The notes: generated by a model not told the origin, from the letters alone. Shown: positions 38,833-50,424, numbered from the stretch's first letter. The stretch: 64,000 nt of DNA from Candidatus Bathyarchaeota archaeon (GCA_963811105.1 CAWEPZ010000011.1:1056001-1120000); one strand, 5' to 3'. Translations and numbers: made by a program.

Positions 38833-40602
38833 ATGGTGAGCAAGTACATGCAAGAAAGAAAAAATACAAGCTTATTATTTAGGTTCCTGAGTAAAGTCGT
38901 TACTCCGCTAAAGATTATCACTCCAATTCTATTGTGTCTATTGCTTTTTGCGGCACTATTAACGCCGCTGAATGCTGCGCTTAGTCCTGCTAGGGATTTG
39001 ACTGGAACATGGCAAAGCGCTTTATCTGAAAAGTACTATGAAATGGATCCTTCTGATCCAAGCACACGGATGAATGATGTAACCGTAACATATACTATGA
39101 TTATAACTCAAAGCGGTAATTCGATAAATATAGTATTGAATATTGACGAATCAAGTTGGGTAACTGATAGCGCGTACTCGAATGAGTACGGCATTTCTGG
39201 TGTTCCTCCGGTTGGATTTAATCAAATTGTGCTTTCTGGAACGGTTTCGAGCGCAAGTTTTACCGCTGACGAGCTAGGCGCAAGCACAGGAAACGCAGAA
39301 CATTTAGCTGGATCATTTACCACGGACATTATAACAGCAACCCTTACAGGTCCATACGAAACAAGCGATACCAACGGCTTAATCGTGTTGCGGTCAGGCT
39401 CATCAGCCACAATGCCTCCCACCACAACTCCAGCTTCAACTCCCACACCCACACCAGCGCCCGCCCTGCCAACATCAGACAATTTAGGCATCGTTTCACT
39501 AATTCAAGGTACAACATGGTTTTCTGTAACTGGTACGCCAGTTACCGCTCAAACTCAAATAGGTGCAGGAGCAGAAATTCAAACAAGCGGCGACAGCAAT
39601 ACAGTAGTCGGCGTCAACTATCCTGACAATGGAGGAACCGCCTATTTGGGCGCAAACACTCACGCGGGATGGGTGTATCTTGAGCCACAAACCGATCCAA
39701 TAACTGGAAACATAACGTACATTGCAGTGCCACAGACAACAAGTTGGTCTGATAAGGCGTTAGAAAATGAAGAGTTTGGTCAAGCCGGATTGCAGCTTTC
39801 AATAGAAGTCGGCTTCGGGCTTGGCGTGATGCTGGTGACCGGAGCGCCACTATCCTTAGGAGGCGCATTAGTCGTCGAGGGAACAATATTGCTGGGAACA
39901 GGCATAGCATATGTTATTGAACAGTTGTCTCCGCAACAAGGAACCTATGACGTGAGACCTGTAGCAGTGCCGCAAGGACTAATTATGGGTGATGGAACCG
40001 AGTATGTCGTGATCGTTTCCAATGAATCGACAACGATCCAAGTCATGGACGGCTCAGTTATATTCGTCGATCAATACACCAACAATACAATAACCGTACA
40101 ATCGAACCAGATGCTGACGCTTCCCTCTGGAGTACTAACAGGATTCAGCAACTTAGACTTGCAATTGCACATATCTGCCTACGATGCGTCTTCAATAGAC
40201 CAATGGTGGATACCAATTGCTACCCCTACACCAATGATTGTTACGGCGTTGCCGACAAATTCGGTAACGAGCGACAACACGAATCTTCTGTCTCAACCTA
40301 CGTTTTTAGGGCCTCTTATTCTGATAATAGTCTTTGTCATAGCCGCGGTATTCCTTTCTGTACGAAGAAAACAAACTAGAAAACCTCACACGTCAAGCAA
40401 AAATGCAAATAATCAAAACGGCCTGCAGCAAATCACGAATGAGCCCAAGAAACCAACAGCGCAAACCACCGAAACAATACCTCTGCCGCCTAACGACCTG
40501 AATACAACGCAACCGAAGACTGTCTTTTGTCCCAATTGCGGGAACCAACTTCGCAACCCCACAAAGTTCTGCCCGTCGTGCGGCTCGGACCTAAGCCAGT
40601 AA
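38833..40602 (+). CDS. Membrane protein with FecR-like extracellular region and C-terminal zinc ribbon
   Basis: Signal/TM, Pro-Thr linker, GTEYVV..TTIQVMDGSV, TM helix, CPNCG..CPSCG. Confidence 0.75.
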   Translation: MVSKYMQERKNTSLLFRFLSKVVTPLKIITPILLCLLLFAALLTPLNAALSPARDLTGTWQSALSEKYYEMDPSDPSTRMNDVTVTYTMIITQSGNSINIVLNIDESSWVTDSAYSNEYGISGVPPVGFNQIVLSGTVSSASFTADELGASTGNAEHLAGSFTTDIITATLTGPYETSDTNGLIVLRSGSSATMPPTTTPASTPTPTPAPALPTSDNLGIVSLIQGTTWFSVTGTPVTAQTQIGAGAEIQTSGDSNTVVGVNYPDNGGTAYLGANTHAGWVYLEPQTDPITGNITYIAVPQTTSWSDKALENEEFGQAGLQLSIEVGFGLGVMLVTGAPLSLGGALVVEGTILLGTGIAYVIEQLSPQQGTYDVRPVAVPQGLIMGDGTEYVVIVSNESTTIQVMDGSVIFVDQYTNNTITVQSNQMLTLPSGVLTGFSNLDLQLHISAYDASSIDQWWIPIATPTPMIVTALPTNSVTSDNTNLLSQPTFLGPLILIIVFVIAAVFLSVRRKQTRKPHTSSKNANNQNGLQQITNEPKKPTAQTTETIPLPPNDLNTTQPKTVFCPNCGNQLRNPTKFCPSCGSDLSQ

Positions 40603-40867
40603 TTCACAAAAGCCAAAAATAGCCATTACGCCACTGCATTGCCCTTTCTCTTTATTATGTGTTGAACTAGGTAGGTACCACTGATTTGTTAGGTCTTACA
40701 AGGTGGTGTTCTGCTACGTCTCCACTCAAAAATTTTTAGACCCTGAATGCCTAAATTGTAGCCCTATTTCCTATTATGGAATTTTAGAAAACATAGTAGA
40801 ACCTAAGAGAAAGGAGTTAATTCTGTCTTATTTGATACCTCTGTTGATTAGTTATGTTAAGAAAAAT

Positions 40868-40891
40868 GTGCAGGGGGTGGGATTTGAACCC
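40868..40891. repeat. att site: copy of the tRNA-Leu 3' end
   Basis: gtgcagggggtgggatttgaaccc matches 43598-43621 with one mismatch. Confidence 0.85.
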
Positions 40892-41429
40892 TTTCCGAGT
40901 CCGGAAATGTCTCATGGTTCCCTTCTTTCTTCCTAGACTTTTTTGTCGAAAAAGTCAGATTTTACTATGGAGTCGTTGGATAATAGATCAGAGGTCGTTT
41001 ACTATTTTTATGGGGAACGAGTCTGGATAGCCATGATTGTTAGCGCCGTCTCCTACAAAAAAGACGTTTTGTCGTACGCGCTCAAGGTTATGTCATAGGT
41101 GCAAGATTCCCCGCGGTATAGTTTTCCGGGTGGAGGCGGGACGTAGGGATTCGGTTTTGGTTCTGCGTCAATGGCACTTATTATGTCCCATTCTGCAAGG
41201 ATTCCTCTCTCGGTTATCTTCGCCACGAGTTGGTTCGGAGCTTGGTCCGTTGGGACAATCTGAACCCAGCAATCGACGACGTTACCCCATACTGGAACGA
41301 AATTTGGTCCTATAGGGGGAATCTGCCACGAAAGTATTGCCCTTGCCCTGACCACAAAAGGAGCTTGATGACATGGTTGAGAATGCAACCGCCATTTTTT
41401 CTGTCAATGAGCATTACAAATATAATGAG

Positions 41430-41579
41430 CTACTTTTTAGGGTCCTTTGCAATTTTGTCATTAGCAAGCAAGTATTCGACATATTCTCTCAATGTGCGGT
41501 TGGTTTCTTTTGCTCTTCTTTGAATGTCTTGGTGAACTTTGTCAGTGACTGTCAAGCATTTGTATCCTTTACGAGGCAA
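41430..41579 (-). CDS. Small RHH-like DNA-binding protein (49 aa)
   Basis: Hand translation MPRKGYKCLTVTDKVHQDIQRRAKETNRTLREYVEYLLANDKIAKDPKK; ggag SD upstream. Confidence 0.65.
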   Translation of the reverse strand: MPRKGYKCLTVTDKVHQDIQRRAKETNRTLREYVEYLLANDKIAKDPKK

Positions 41580-41817
41580 AAAAAGATCAAACTCCTTCTC
41601 CGTACTTTACCGTACGATTATATATATAATTAACGGTTTAACAGTTTGACTGAACATGTAATTAGCGGTTTTGCCGAACGATTGAATATTCAATTGACGG
41701 TGAAGCCTTGCAGAGAAAATGCAAGAAAGCTTCAGAGCTGGAAAAGAAGAAAATTCTCGTACATTGTGAAACTTTAAATAAACATACGTACGCTAACTAA
41801 CTTGAGAGGGAAGCAAA

Positions 41818-42006
41818 GCGCCCAAAAAAGGCTACAAAAGCATAACCGTAAAAGCCGAGGTTTACGATTACTTTTTTGAAGAATGGTTAAAGGTCAAAAA
41901 GGAATACGCCATCAAAAAAGGTATACATAGCTTCTCAGCCTATATTACATCTACCTTAGCACAACTTATGAACGAAGACAAGAAACGCAACAGCAAAGGA
42001 AATAGA
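41818..42006 (+). CDS. Small RHH-like protein paralog; start codon reads GCG (mutated GTG or sequencing error)
   Basis: (M)PKKGYKSITVKAEVYDYFFEEWLKVKKEYAIKKGIHSFSAYITSTL; TATA tttaaata upstream. Confidence 0.55.
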
Positions 42007-42132
42007 TAGAATTCAATGGGAAAATAATAAGCATTGAAGTTTGGGTTATTTGTAGTATCAAGATGTGCCAACATATATTCAAGTGATTGAACTTCTCGCT
42101 AGTACGGCATAGTACCGTACCGAGAAGATTAT

Positions 42133-42258
42133 ATGGCTAAATGTCCCACTTGTGGTAAAGAAGTTGCGGAACCTGACAAATTTTTAGAAAATGATTGGTT
42201 CCACATCGAAGCTTATACATGCAAAAACTGTAACTGCTATTTCAAAGTGACGAAATAA
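42133..42258 (+). CDS. Small zinc-ribbon protein (41 aa)
   Basis: MAKCPTCGKEVAEPDKFLENDWFHIEAYTCKNCNCYFKVTK. Confidence 0.65.
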   Translation: MAKCPTCGKEVAEPDKFLENDWFHIEAYTCKNCNCYFKVTK

Positions 42259-42484
42259 CTAAATAATTCTTGTACTCTTCTATTAAGAACCTGTTATTAA
42301 GAAATACTTCAATTTCTTGAAGATTGTAATCGCCTTTAATTCTCAACTGGTAACTATCTGGGCATCTCTGCTCAACAAGTACTACTGAAGGCTGGATTAA
42401 CTGATCTGAACCTAACTCTTTTAGAAGAGCGACTGCTTCTGCTCTTTTTATGCACTTCCCCTCAAACCATGGGTGAACGTACAA
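42242..42484 (-). CDS. Hypothetical protein
   Basis: 80-aa ORF, start uncertain. Confidence 0.4.
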   Translation of the reverse strand: MYVHPWFEGKCIKRAEAVALLKELGSDQLIQPSVVLVEQRCPDSYQLRIKGDYNLQEIEVFLNNRFLIEEYKNYLVISSL

Positions 42485-42589
42485 GACTAATAACTCTTTT
42501 GCTATATACTCCAGAGTAAACTTGGTTATGCAATAGCGTTTTTAAGTATTTTTCGCGATAACTCATTTCTTAATACAAGATGAACCAAA

Positions 42590-43535
42590 ATGTCAGAACA
42601 ACAAACAAATGAAGTTCTGCGGAGAAACCAAACTGGCGACGTCAAAGGAAAAATCATCGAATACGCCTGGTGGCTCAAAAAAGACGGAAAAAGCGACTCA
42701 ACAATCCTAGGAAGAACAAAAATACTCAGAGTACTCACAAAACGAGGCGCAAACCTCTACGACCCAGAAAGCATCAAAGAAATAATAGCAAAACAACCTT
42801 GGAGCAACGGCAGAAAAAACAACGCAGTCGACGCCTACTCATCATTCCTAAGAATGGTAGGCGGCAACTGGGAAGCACCACTACTACCAAACAATCCGAA
42901 AGCTACCCTTCATCCCAAAAGAAACCGAAATAGACCAACTTATTGCAGGATGCAGCAAACGCATGGCAACCTTCCTACAAATGCTAAAAGAAACAGGCGC
43001 AAGATGCGGAGAAATCTGGCGACTCAAATGGGACGACATAGACTTCGAAAGCAAAGTCGTAAACATAACACCCGAAAAAAACAGCAACCCACGAGTAACC
43101 CATCTCAGCAACAAACTCCTCGAAATGCTCAGACAACTGCCAAAAAACTATGGAGAACAGAGTCTTTTCCCACCCACACATGCGAGTCGACAACCACGCC
43201 GTAACACTTTCAACAACAACGAAAACGAATAGCACAGAAAATCGGTAACCCAAGACTACTAAAAATCCACTTCCACACCTTCAGACACTGGAAAGGAACA
43301 ATGCTCTACCACGAAACCAAAGACATGTACTACGTAATGCAAGCGCTTAGGCCACAAAAACATCAAAAACACGCTCCTCTACGTCCAACTCGAAGAAGCA
43401 CTATTCCAAGGCGAAACAGACTACATCTCAAAAGTAGCTAAGACTGAAAAAGAAATCTGCAGCTTAATCGAAGCAGGCTTTGAATACGTCACTGAATTTG
43501 AAGGCTCAAAATCTTTAGAAAAAGCAAGACTTTAA
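42590..43535 (+). pseudogene. XerC/D-like tyrosine integrase, frameshifted
   Basis: TGARCGE, HFHTFRHW and GHKNIKNTLLY catalytic motifs spread over several frames. Confidence 0.85.
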
Positions 43536-43595
43536 GCATGAAAAACCAAGAAATCAGCTCATCGGCGGGACCCCCTAGTATGTTTTATTTATATA

Positions 43596-43683
43596 TGGTG
43601 CAGGGGGTGGGATTCGAACCCACGAACGCCTACGCGATAGGGTCCTAAGCCCTACTCCGTTGACCTGGCTTGGAGACCCCTGC
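43596..43683 (-). tRNA. tRNA-Leu (TAG), CCA encoded
   Basis: Cloverleaf: anticodon arm tagggc-ttagga-cccta, long variable arm, GGTTCGAATCC T-loop. Confidence 0.95.
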
Positions 43684-43844
43684 CCAATCTTATTCTTTGA
43701 GAATACGTTTAGCACTCATTAATATTTATTTACCCCTTGTGCCGAGCGATGGTAGCTTATTCTATCCCTAATAGATAAAGAAAATTCCAATCGACCGTAA
43801 GCTCTTTATTTAGAAGAGCTGTTGTTTCAAAGAGAAAATGATTT

Positions 43845-43921
43845 GCCTTCGTAGCCTAGCCCGGTGGGGCGTTACCTTGGTAAGGTAATGGTCGCGGGTC
43901 CAAATCCCGCCGAAGGCTCCA
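43845..43921 (+). tRNA. tRNA-Thr (GGT), CCA encoded
   Basis: gccttcg/cgaaggc acceptor stem, ttacc-ttggtaa-ggtaa anticodon arm. Confidence 0.95.
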
Positions 43922-43932
43922 ATTTCCACCTT

Positions 43933-44178
43933 CTATTCAATAAAAGAGACGTGATTTAAGCTCTTTTGATTTTGCTGACCGTTACTAAATTTTGTAACAT
44001 GGTTACTAAATTCTGTAACACTTAATCCGTTGATGCCAATTCCCCGCAGCTCGCAATAATGCGATTTGAGTCGGAAATCCTCAACCTTTCCGTTAACTCG
44101 ATAACGCATTAGAAGTCGGTAATCTGCGTCAAAGCGCTCAGGGTTCCTAAGAAATTCAATTTCCGTCTTGCTTAACAT
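43933..44178 (-). CDS. Hypothetical protein reading toward attL; possible N-terminal part of a split integrase
   Basis: MLSKTEIEFLRNPERFDADYR; stops 11 nt before the att. Confidence 0.45.
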   Translation of the reverse strand: MLSKTEIEFLRNPERFDADYRLLMRYRVNGKVEDFRLKSHYCELRGIGINGLSVTEFSNHVTKFSNGQQNQKSLNHVSFIE

Positions 44179-44435
44179 TCTATCGCCTAAAATTAGTTTG
44201 AGACGCTGGCATATTTAACCTATTTATTTTCCAAAAAGCTCATTAATTTACACAAATTTTCGCAACAAACACTACTATGGAGATTTGGGTGAACCGAGTA
44301 TAATATAGTAAGTGATTCACCCTGTTTTCTATAGGATAAGAGTCTTTGCAAATAGTCATGACAAATTTCTTGTAAATAGAGGGCGTAGAGGTGTCAAAAT
44401 ACGGGCCATTCTTTCTTCATGACAAAACGTCTCCT

Positions 44436-44800
44436 TCAATGGATTTCCAAAGGTTCACGGTGTTGAACATTTTGGTGTTTTTTCTTTTTAGCGTGAACGT
44501 TTCTGTAAGCTGTATTTTTTTGTCCCAAATGAGTTTTGGATTCACCAGTTTTATGAAAGAACCAAAATCGCATGTATAGCGCACATAGAAGAAAAACAAC
44601 TACAAGCGCTATTACACCAAAGCCCATTATACATCCAAAGGCTAATGTTACAGCGGAGCCTCCGAACAATAATGCGATTGAAATCAAAAATAAAAATCTG
44701 TAATAATCATCCTTTAGCTTGGCTGCCGCAGAAATTAGACCTTGCGGTAATGAAAAACATCCTAAACGACTTTTGACTATCTTGTTTCCTGTTTTCTTGA
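44436..44800 (-). pseudogene. Two-TM membrane protein, paralog of 47653-48042, start degraded
   Basis: Upstream in-frame SRLGCFSLPQGLISAAAKLKDDY matches SRLNRFSLPQGLISAAGKLKDDY. Confidence 0.6.
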
Positions 44801-44993
44801 CCGTGTTTCCATCTCTATATTGTTAAGCTTGACTAAATAGTTGCCAAACTACTAACAACAATGTTCAAACAGCTCCTAAAACGCTACTCGCTGAATACCC
44901 ATAACCATGCTTTCAAGTAATTGGAATAAAGAAATGTATGAATACTTGGAATAGATTTCTTTATTACTTAGGGTATGGTTATTAAGAATAAGA

Positions 44994-46050
44994 ATGCTGA
45001 ATTCTATGTGTCACAAGAATATTCTCAAAGTATGCCCTTGTGAAGAAAACTGCAAACAAAAAAGACATACAGCAGTCAATTTAATATTAAAAAAGGGCGC
45101 ATGTACTTCTAAAGATTTGCATAACTTTCTTTATGGCAAATTGGGTGTTTATGCCCTCAGAAGCAGCATTGAATATTTAACCACTGGGAAGTGCAAATTG
45201 GTCGATGTTTTTGGTATTTCTACTAACCAAAAGCCACCACAGTTTGGAAAAAGAGGACGGTTATTTTATTCAAGAGCATTTCCGGCAACATTTTTGAATA
45301 GCGTCGTTGTAGATCTCTTGGCACCTCTACAAAAAAGGATATTGAAAAAATTTTCGGACCTTAATGATCAGATTTATTATTTCTCGCTATATGATCTTCG
45401 GCGTATAGTACCTTCGTCCGGAACCGAGATTGACTACGCTCTTGGAAGATTAGTCAGGCACGGTTTATTATGCAAAGTTATCTTCTTCAGGAACAGATTT
45501 TTACATTAAACCAATTCATGTCTCGAAATTTACAAAAGAGGAAAAGCAAGTAGTAATCGATAACAAGACAGAATATGCGGTTGCAAAAGCTGTTCATGAG
45601 CTTATTATGCACCTTTACCCAAAAGACATTATCACAGATTATCATGGCAGGATTCGACCTAAAACTCAAGATATTTTAATAGTCACCGGAGGAATGTCTT
45701 TTGACCTTTTTTACCAATTCAGAGATCCAATAGTTGGTAAAAGTTACTTGGCCGTAGATGTTTACACGAGATTTCCAGTTAGCGGTTTTATAATTAACAC
45801 TTTTGCTAAAAAAATAGAATGGGCTAAAACCGGACCAAGGAAAAATTCTACTAATTATCTCAAAGATAAAACACATGGAATGATAGTATTCCTAAATGCT
45901 ACCAGGAAAGCTATGCCAACCGCTAAACGATTAGAAATTAAGTTACTTCGTGTTTTTGATGATTTAAGAATTGATTATAAAGCAATACGTCAAGAAATAG
46001 AAAAGAACAATGATGGTTGCTCAACAGACATATCAATTAATACTTTTTGA
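44994..46050 (+). CDS. Hypothetical protein (wHTH-like plus possible nuclease fold) split by one +1 frameshift near 45487
   Basis: Removing one T joins the two ORFs (VIFSGTDFYIKP..ELIMHLYP). Confidence 0.55.
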
Positions 46051-46056
46051 TTTTTC

Positions 46057-47065
46057 TGCTGTGTTGAATGACTTAAATAATAGTTCTGTGCAGAACGGAT
46101 AGATTATGAGTTATTTAAGAGATTGGAATAGCTACAACGAAGCGTTAGTGAAAAGAGGCTTAATTCTTCTTGATTTAGATTTTGTTGCAAGCTGGTCAAG
46201 AGAACCTAAAGCAATGAACGAGAGCAAAGAAGGCGGCAAGATACCGCTACCCAGAATCCTTCATCAAGCTATTAGCGGTCGTGCATACCTATGTTTTGCC
46301 TTACAGGCAACTGGAAGGCTTCATGCGAGGTTTAAGCCAGTATGTTGATGGCCTAAAAGCGCCAGACTACATACCATCAGATGGCGAATTGCCAGAATGA
46401 AAGTTGACGTGGCCTCATCTGTAGAGTTGGATAAAGACGTCACAATCGCTGTGGACTCAAGCGGCATAAAAGTCTCAAACCGAGGGGAACGGATCCATAA
46501 GAAGCGGAGAGTCCAGAGAGGCTTCATTAAAGTGCATATTGCCGTTGATACGAAGACCAAGCAGATTTTAGCAATTGAAATTACTAAAGAGGACGTTGGA
46601 GACGGACGCGTGCTTGGTAAACTGGTTAAGGGTTCAACTGGTATTGCGAACGTTAAGAAATTGATTGGTGATGGAGCATATGATTCTAAGAACAATTTTA
46701 GAATGGTCAGCGGAGTTGGATATTGAGCCTTTGATTAGGGTGCGCAAGAACGCTTCTTTGAAAGGTGGAGGTTGTATGCCTTGCAAGTTCACTGTTATGG
46801 AGCAACTGGGCAGTGATGGCTGGAAAAAGGAAAGGGTTATGGTTACCGGTGGATGGCTGAATCAGCTTTCTCATGTTTGAAGCGGACGTTTGGCGAGTAT
46901 ATTTGCGCTGTGAAGTGGCCTAACATAGTGAAAGAACTACTTTTGAAAGCTTCAATTTACAATCTTTTCATGAAAATGAACCTCAATCAATCTCTAAATT
47001 AGAAAGCGTAGGAGAAATGGTTCAAACTGTCACCCAAAGACAACTCTCAGTCATTCAACACAGCA
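46057..47065 (+). mobile_element. IS5-family insertion sequence with frameshifted DDE transposase (46106-47001)
   Basis: 17-bp TIRs tgctgtgttgaatgact / agtcattcaacacagca; 8-bp TSD gatttttc (46049-56, 47066-73); DWNSYNEALVKRG, AVDSSGIKV, GDGAYDS. Confidence 0.92.
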
Positions 47066-47652
47066 GATTTTTCCAGTACACGTTTTTGGCAAAGTAAAAC
47101 TTAGTCAACTTCAAATCTTAACCGTCAACTACCTGTTAGGGTAACAATTACTGCCATCTGTGATGAGGTACCTTCGACCTTATACAGATAACCCAGTTCC
47201 CTTTATGCCCATAAAGGGGGTGAAAATAACGCCCTGTTAATAGCTCGATCTAATGCCCGATTTGGGCTTAGTTCATTCAACTCACATAAACTGTTTTGGA
47301 GCCTCCGACCAATACCAAAAAAACAATTGAGGAAAGGCTGGCTAAACAGTTAATTGTAGTTGAAGTTAAAACGGTCGAATTGCCAAAAGGAGCTCAGTTT
47401 GTCTCTCTCATCTAAACCAATTCGGGAGGCTTGGGCTCATGAGAAAATTAAACCTGAATATGCTCCAAAAATAGTTTATAGGAGTTAAAGCTAAGACGGT
47501 CGGATTGGCAAAAGGAGCTCAAATTAAAAGATGCATCAATTTCTAAGGTTTTGCAAACGGAATCTAAAAGTCGGAAATATAGAAATGTCTCCCGTACAGA
47601 AGCTCGAAACTTTCGGTTATAACCTTGATAGAATTCTGGACAAAATTTTGGT

Positions 47653-48042
47653 TTAACAATAACTCAAAACACATCTGAATGCTCGCTGCGTTTTATTGCT
47701 TAACCAAGTCTCGTTGTCTTCTTCTTTTAAGATGCGATAATCATCAGCATAATGACCTTTTTTCTCATAATTTTCTGGAGAAAAACGGAAACGTATGTAA
47801 AGGGCAGAAATGGCAAAAGCTATAACTAAAGCAACGACAACAACCCCAAATGCAGGTCCATAAGCAATCGCTACTATGGTTGAGCTGAATAACAAAGCCA
47901 CAGTCATTAAAAGTAAAAACTTGCAATAGTCATCTTTTAGCTTGCCTGCAGCAGAAATTAGTCCTTGCGGTAACGAAAATCGATTTAATCGACTATTATC
48001 TTTCCTTTTTCCGCAAGTTCTTTTACCCGTTTTCTCACCCAA
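47653..48042 (-). CDS. Two-TM membrane hypothetical protein
   Basis: Hydrophobic pair; paralog at 44436. Confidence 0.6.
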   Translation of the reverse strand: MGEKTGKRTCGKRKDNSRLNRFSLPQGLISAAGKLKDDYCKFLLLMTVALLFSSTIVAIAYGPAFGVVVVALVIAFAISALYIRFRFSPENYEKKGHYADDYRILKEEDNETWLSNKTQRAFRCVLSYC

Positions 48043-48168
48043 TTTTAACTGTCAAGTACTAACCACACAGTAACAAATACCTTAATACTTAATAAACTTA
48101 ATGGTTAATAAGATGTTGAGAAATTAACAACCAGACAGTAGCATTTAAATGCTTAGAGTACATTAATC

Positions 48169-50335
48169 ATGACCATCATGAGCCTAACTAACCAATTCAT
48201 AGATAGTTACGTTGGGAATCCTCAATACTTAGAATTACTTAGGGCAATGCTTGGGCTAACGCAATACGAAGGAACTGCTTTCATTGCTCTTGCTTTAACG
48301 GGAGAGGCTTCAGCTACACGAATTGCAGATACCGGCGGCATCCCCCGACCAAAAATCTACTCAACCCTTAATTCATTGAAAGACAAAGGCCTGGTTGTGG
48401 AAGTCCATGAGCAATACAAAGTTAATGTCAGTCAAGTTGAAGAACTATTGCATAAGTCAAAGGATTTACTCGACGGTTTCCAGAAATTTATTGAGCGAGT
48501 GCTTATATATTCCAGAAGCTCCGCTACAAAAGTCCAGGCGATAAAATCTATTCTTAAGGAAGCCATCCAAAGTAGTGGTTATCATAATGTCCCAATCGAC
48601 AGTGAAACTGCTTTTCACGATGGCAGGTTCGAAATGTACATTGAGCGCGCATTTTTGGATGGTCATCGCACACGAGATCTAAACTACAGCAGATTCCGAG
48701 AAATAGCCACTAAGAAATCGTATTTTATTGATGACTTAATCGAATCAAGCACCTCAGGCATTAAGGTTTCAATAAACGTCCTTTCAGAAGAGAAATATCA
48801 AACTACGAGCAAAGATATGCTTATCCCAGGAATTTTAGCAACAGCTGCGACATTCAGATGCGAAGCTGCGATTTTAATTGTGCTTCCAGAAGTGAATATA
48901 ATTGAAAGATTTGAAAGGGTTCAAGCAAAATGGGCTCCAAAACTATTTGTTATGTCAGCGCACGAACCTGCAATCGAAAAAGATGTATATCGAATTCTTT
49001 CGGATCTTGACAGAAACTGGTTAGACGCAAAACGACAAGTTAATAAAATTGGAACAGAAATTACGGAGCTAAAAATTCAATTAACATCAACACTAGATTC
49101 AACCTACCAACATGCTCGAGATGTCACCAATAAGGGTGGAAAACATAGGGAGCGCTACTTGGAAATTCTTGAGAGAATTCAAGCTGATCTAATTGCCTCA
49201 GAAGACATGTTATCAACAATTAGGAAAGATTTTGAGCCTATATCTGAGAGACTTGAGCAAGCTGGTAAAATACCTGACTCCGACCAAGTGACGATAATTA
49301 GTAATCGAGTTGATTCTTTGCGGGAAGACCTCAAAAGGAAGATTCAAGCGCGAGATCAACTACTTGAAGATATTTTAGCTCACATGAGAGGCGGGAAAGC
49401 ATACGTTGAATACGGATATGTTACTAACCCATTCGTCTTTACTGTTCCTCCCGAATATCCGAAAGATATTGTGAATCAATCAGAATCAAGACAACGATTA
49501 GAGACCTTCTTGAAAGATATGATGAAAGGGTCCTCACGTAATTTTGTTTTTGTATGCGCTGATGAAGGAATGGGAAAAACACATTTTCTGAACTTTTATG
49601 CAAAATCACTTAATGATAAAAAATTCGGAAACGCAATAGCCCTTCGATTGAACTGCAAGCCCAAATCAGACATTATTGACTTATACACCCAAGTTCCTTT
49701 GGCAATTTCACGTCTCGTTAAAGATAACATTCTCAAGGCCGAAGCCATAAAGACACTGGAAATGGCGGGTACTCCTAAAAATATTAATGACTTTATCAAC
49801 TTGCTTAGACTATTAAACTCAAATCTTGCGGAATCTGGGTTTCAAGGAATATTTCTGTTAATAGATGATTTTGAAAATACATTACCCACCGAAATATCAG
49901 ATTTGACACCGCGTTCAATTCTTCAGTTGACGGATATGGCAAAATTAGAAAACATGGGAATAGTGGTTGCCATGAGAGCTAAAAGTTGGGATTTGTGGAA
50001 TAAAGAAATCAGAAACAGGATACCCAAGATTGGCAGAATAAGTGTAATCAAACTTGAAAAGCTAGGGATCTAAAGAGACGCATGAATTACTGAAATACAG
50101 GTTGAGTGAAAAAGATGTTGAAAGGCAAAAAGAACCGCCTGAATTTGATTTATCCGTTTCAGACAAAATATGCGTCATTGGGCAAGGCATTCCGAGGCAA
50201 ATAATCTCAATTGCAAGAGAAGTTTTTAGAATTGCTGTTCTTGAGAATAAGAAAATAACTCAAGAACTCGTCGAAAGTGCAAAAAAACAAGAAGCAATTC
50301 TGAGTAGAGACTTATCCCAAAGTTCCAATACGTAA
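48169..50335 (+). CDS. TrmB-type HTH, coiled coil and P-loop AAA+ ATPase fusion (+1 frameshift near 50066)
   Basis: LGLTQYEGTAFIAL..GIPRPKIYSTLNSL, Walker A DEGMGKTH, Walker B LLIDDFE, lid GIPRQII in 50102-50335. Confidence 0.75.
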
Positions 50336-50424
50336 TATCCCACATATTCTAAACTTTTGTATCTTTTCCGCCTGAATAAGACCTCGACTGCCACGTCCTG
50401 TTGAAAGGTTACATAGAAATATCA

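Larger units (their letters stand above)
40868..43621. mobile_element. About 2.7 kb integrated element at tRNA-Leu(TAG)
   Basis: Bounded by 24-bp direct repeats; contains a tyrosine integrase next to the tRNA. Confidence 0.75.

Noticed and set aside
41053-41388. Minus-strand 111-aa ORF inside the tRNA-Leu element
   Set aside because: It looks like a gene fragment with no credible start or recognisable family
47371-47521. 26-bp repeats as a CRISPR mini-array
   Set aside because: Only two copies, a 99-bp gap and no cas genes
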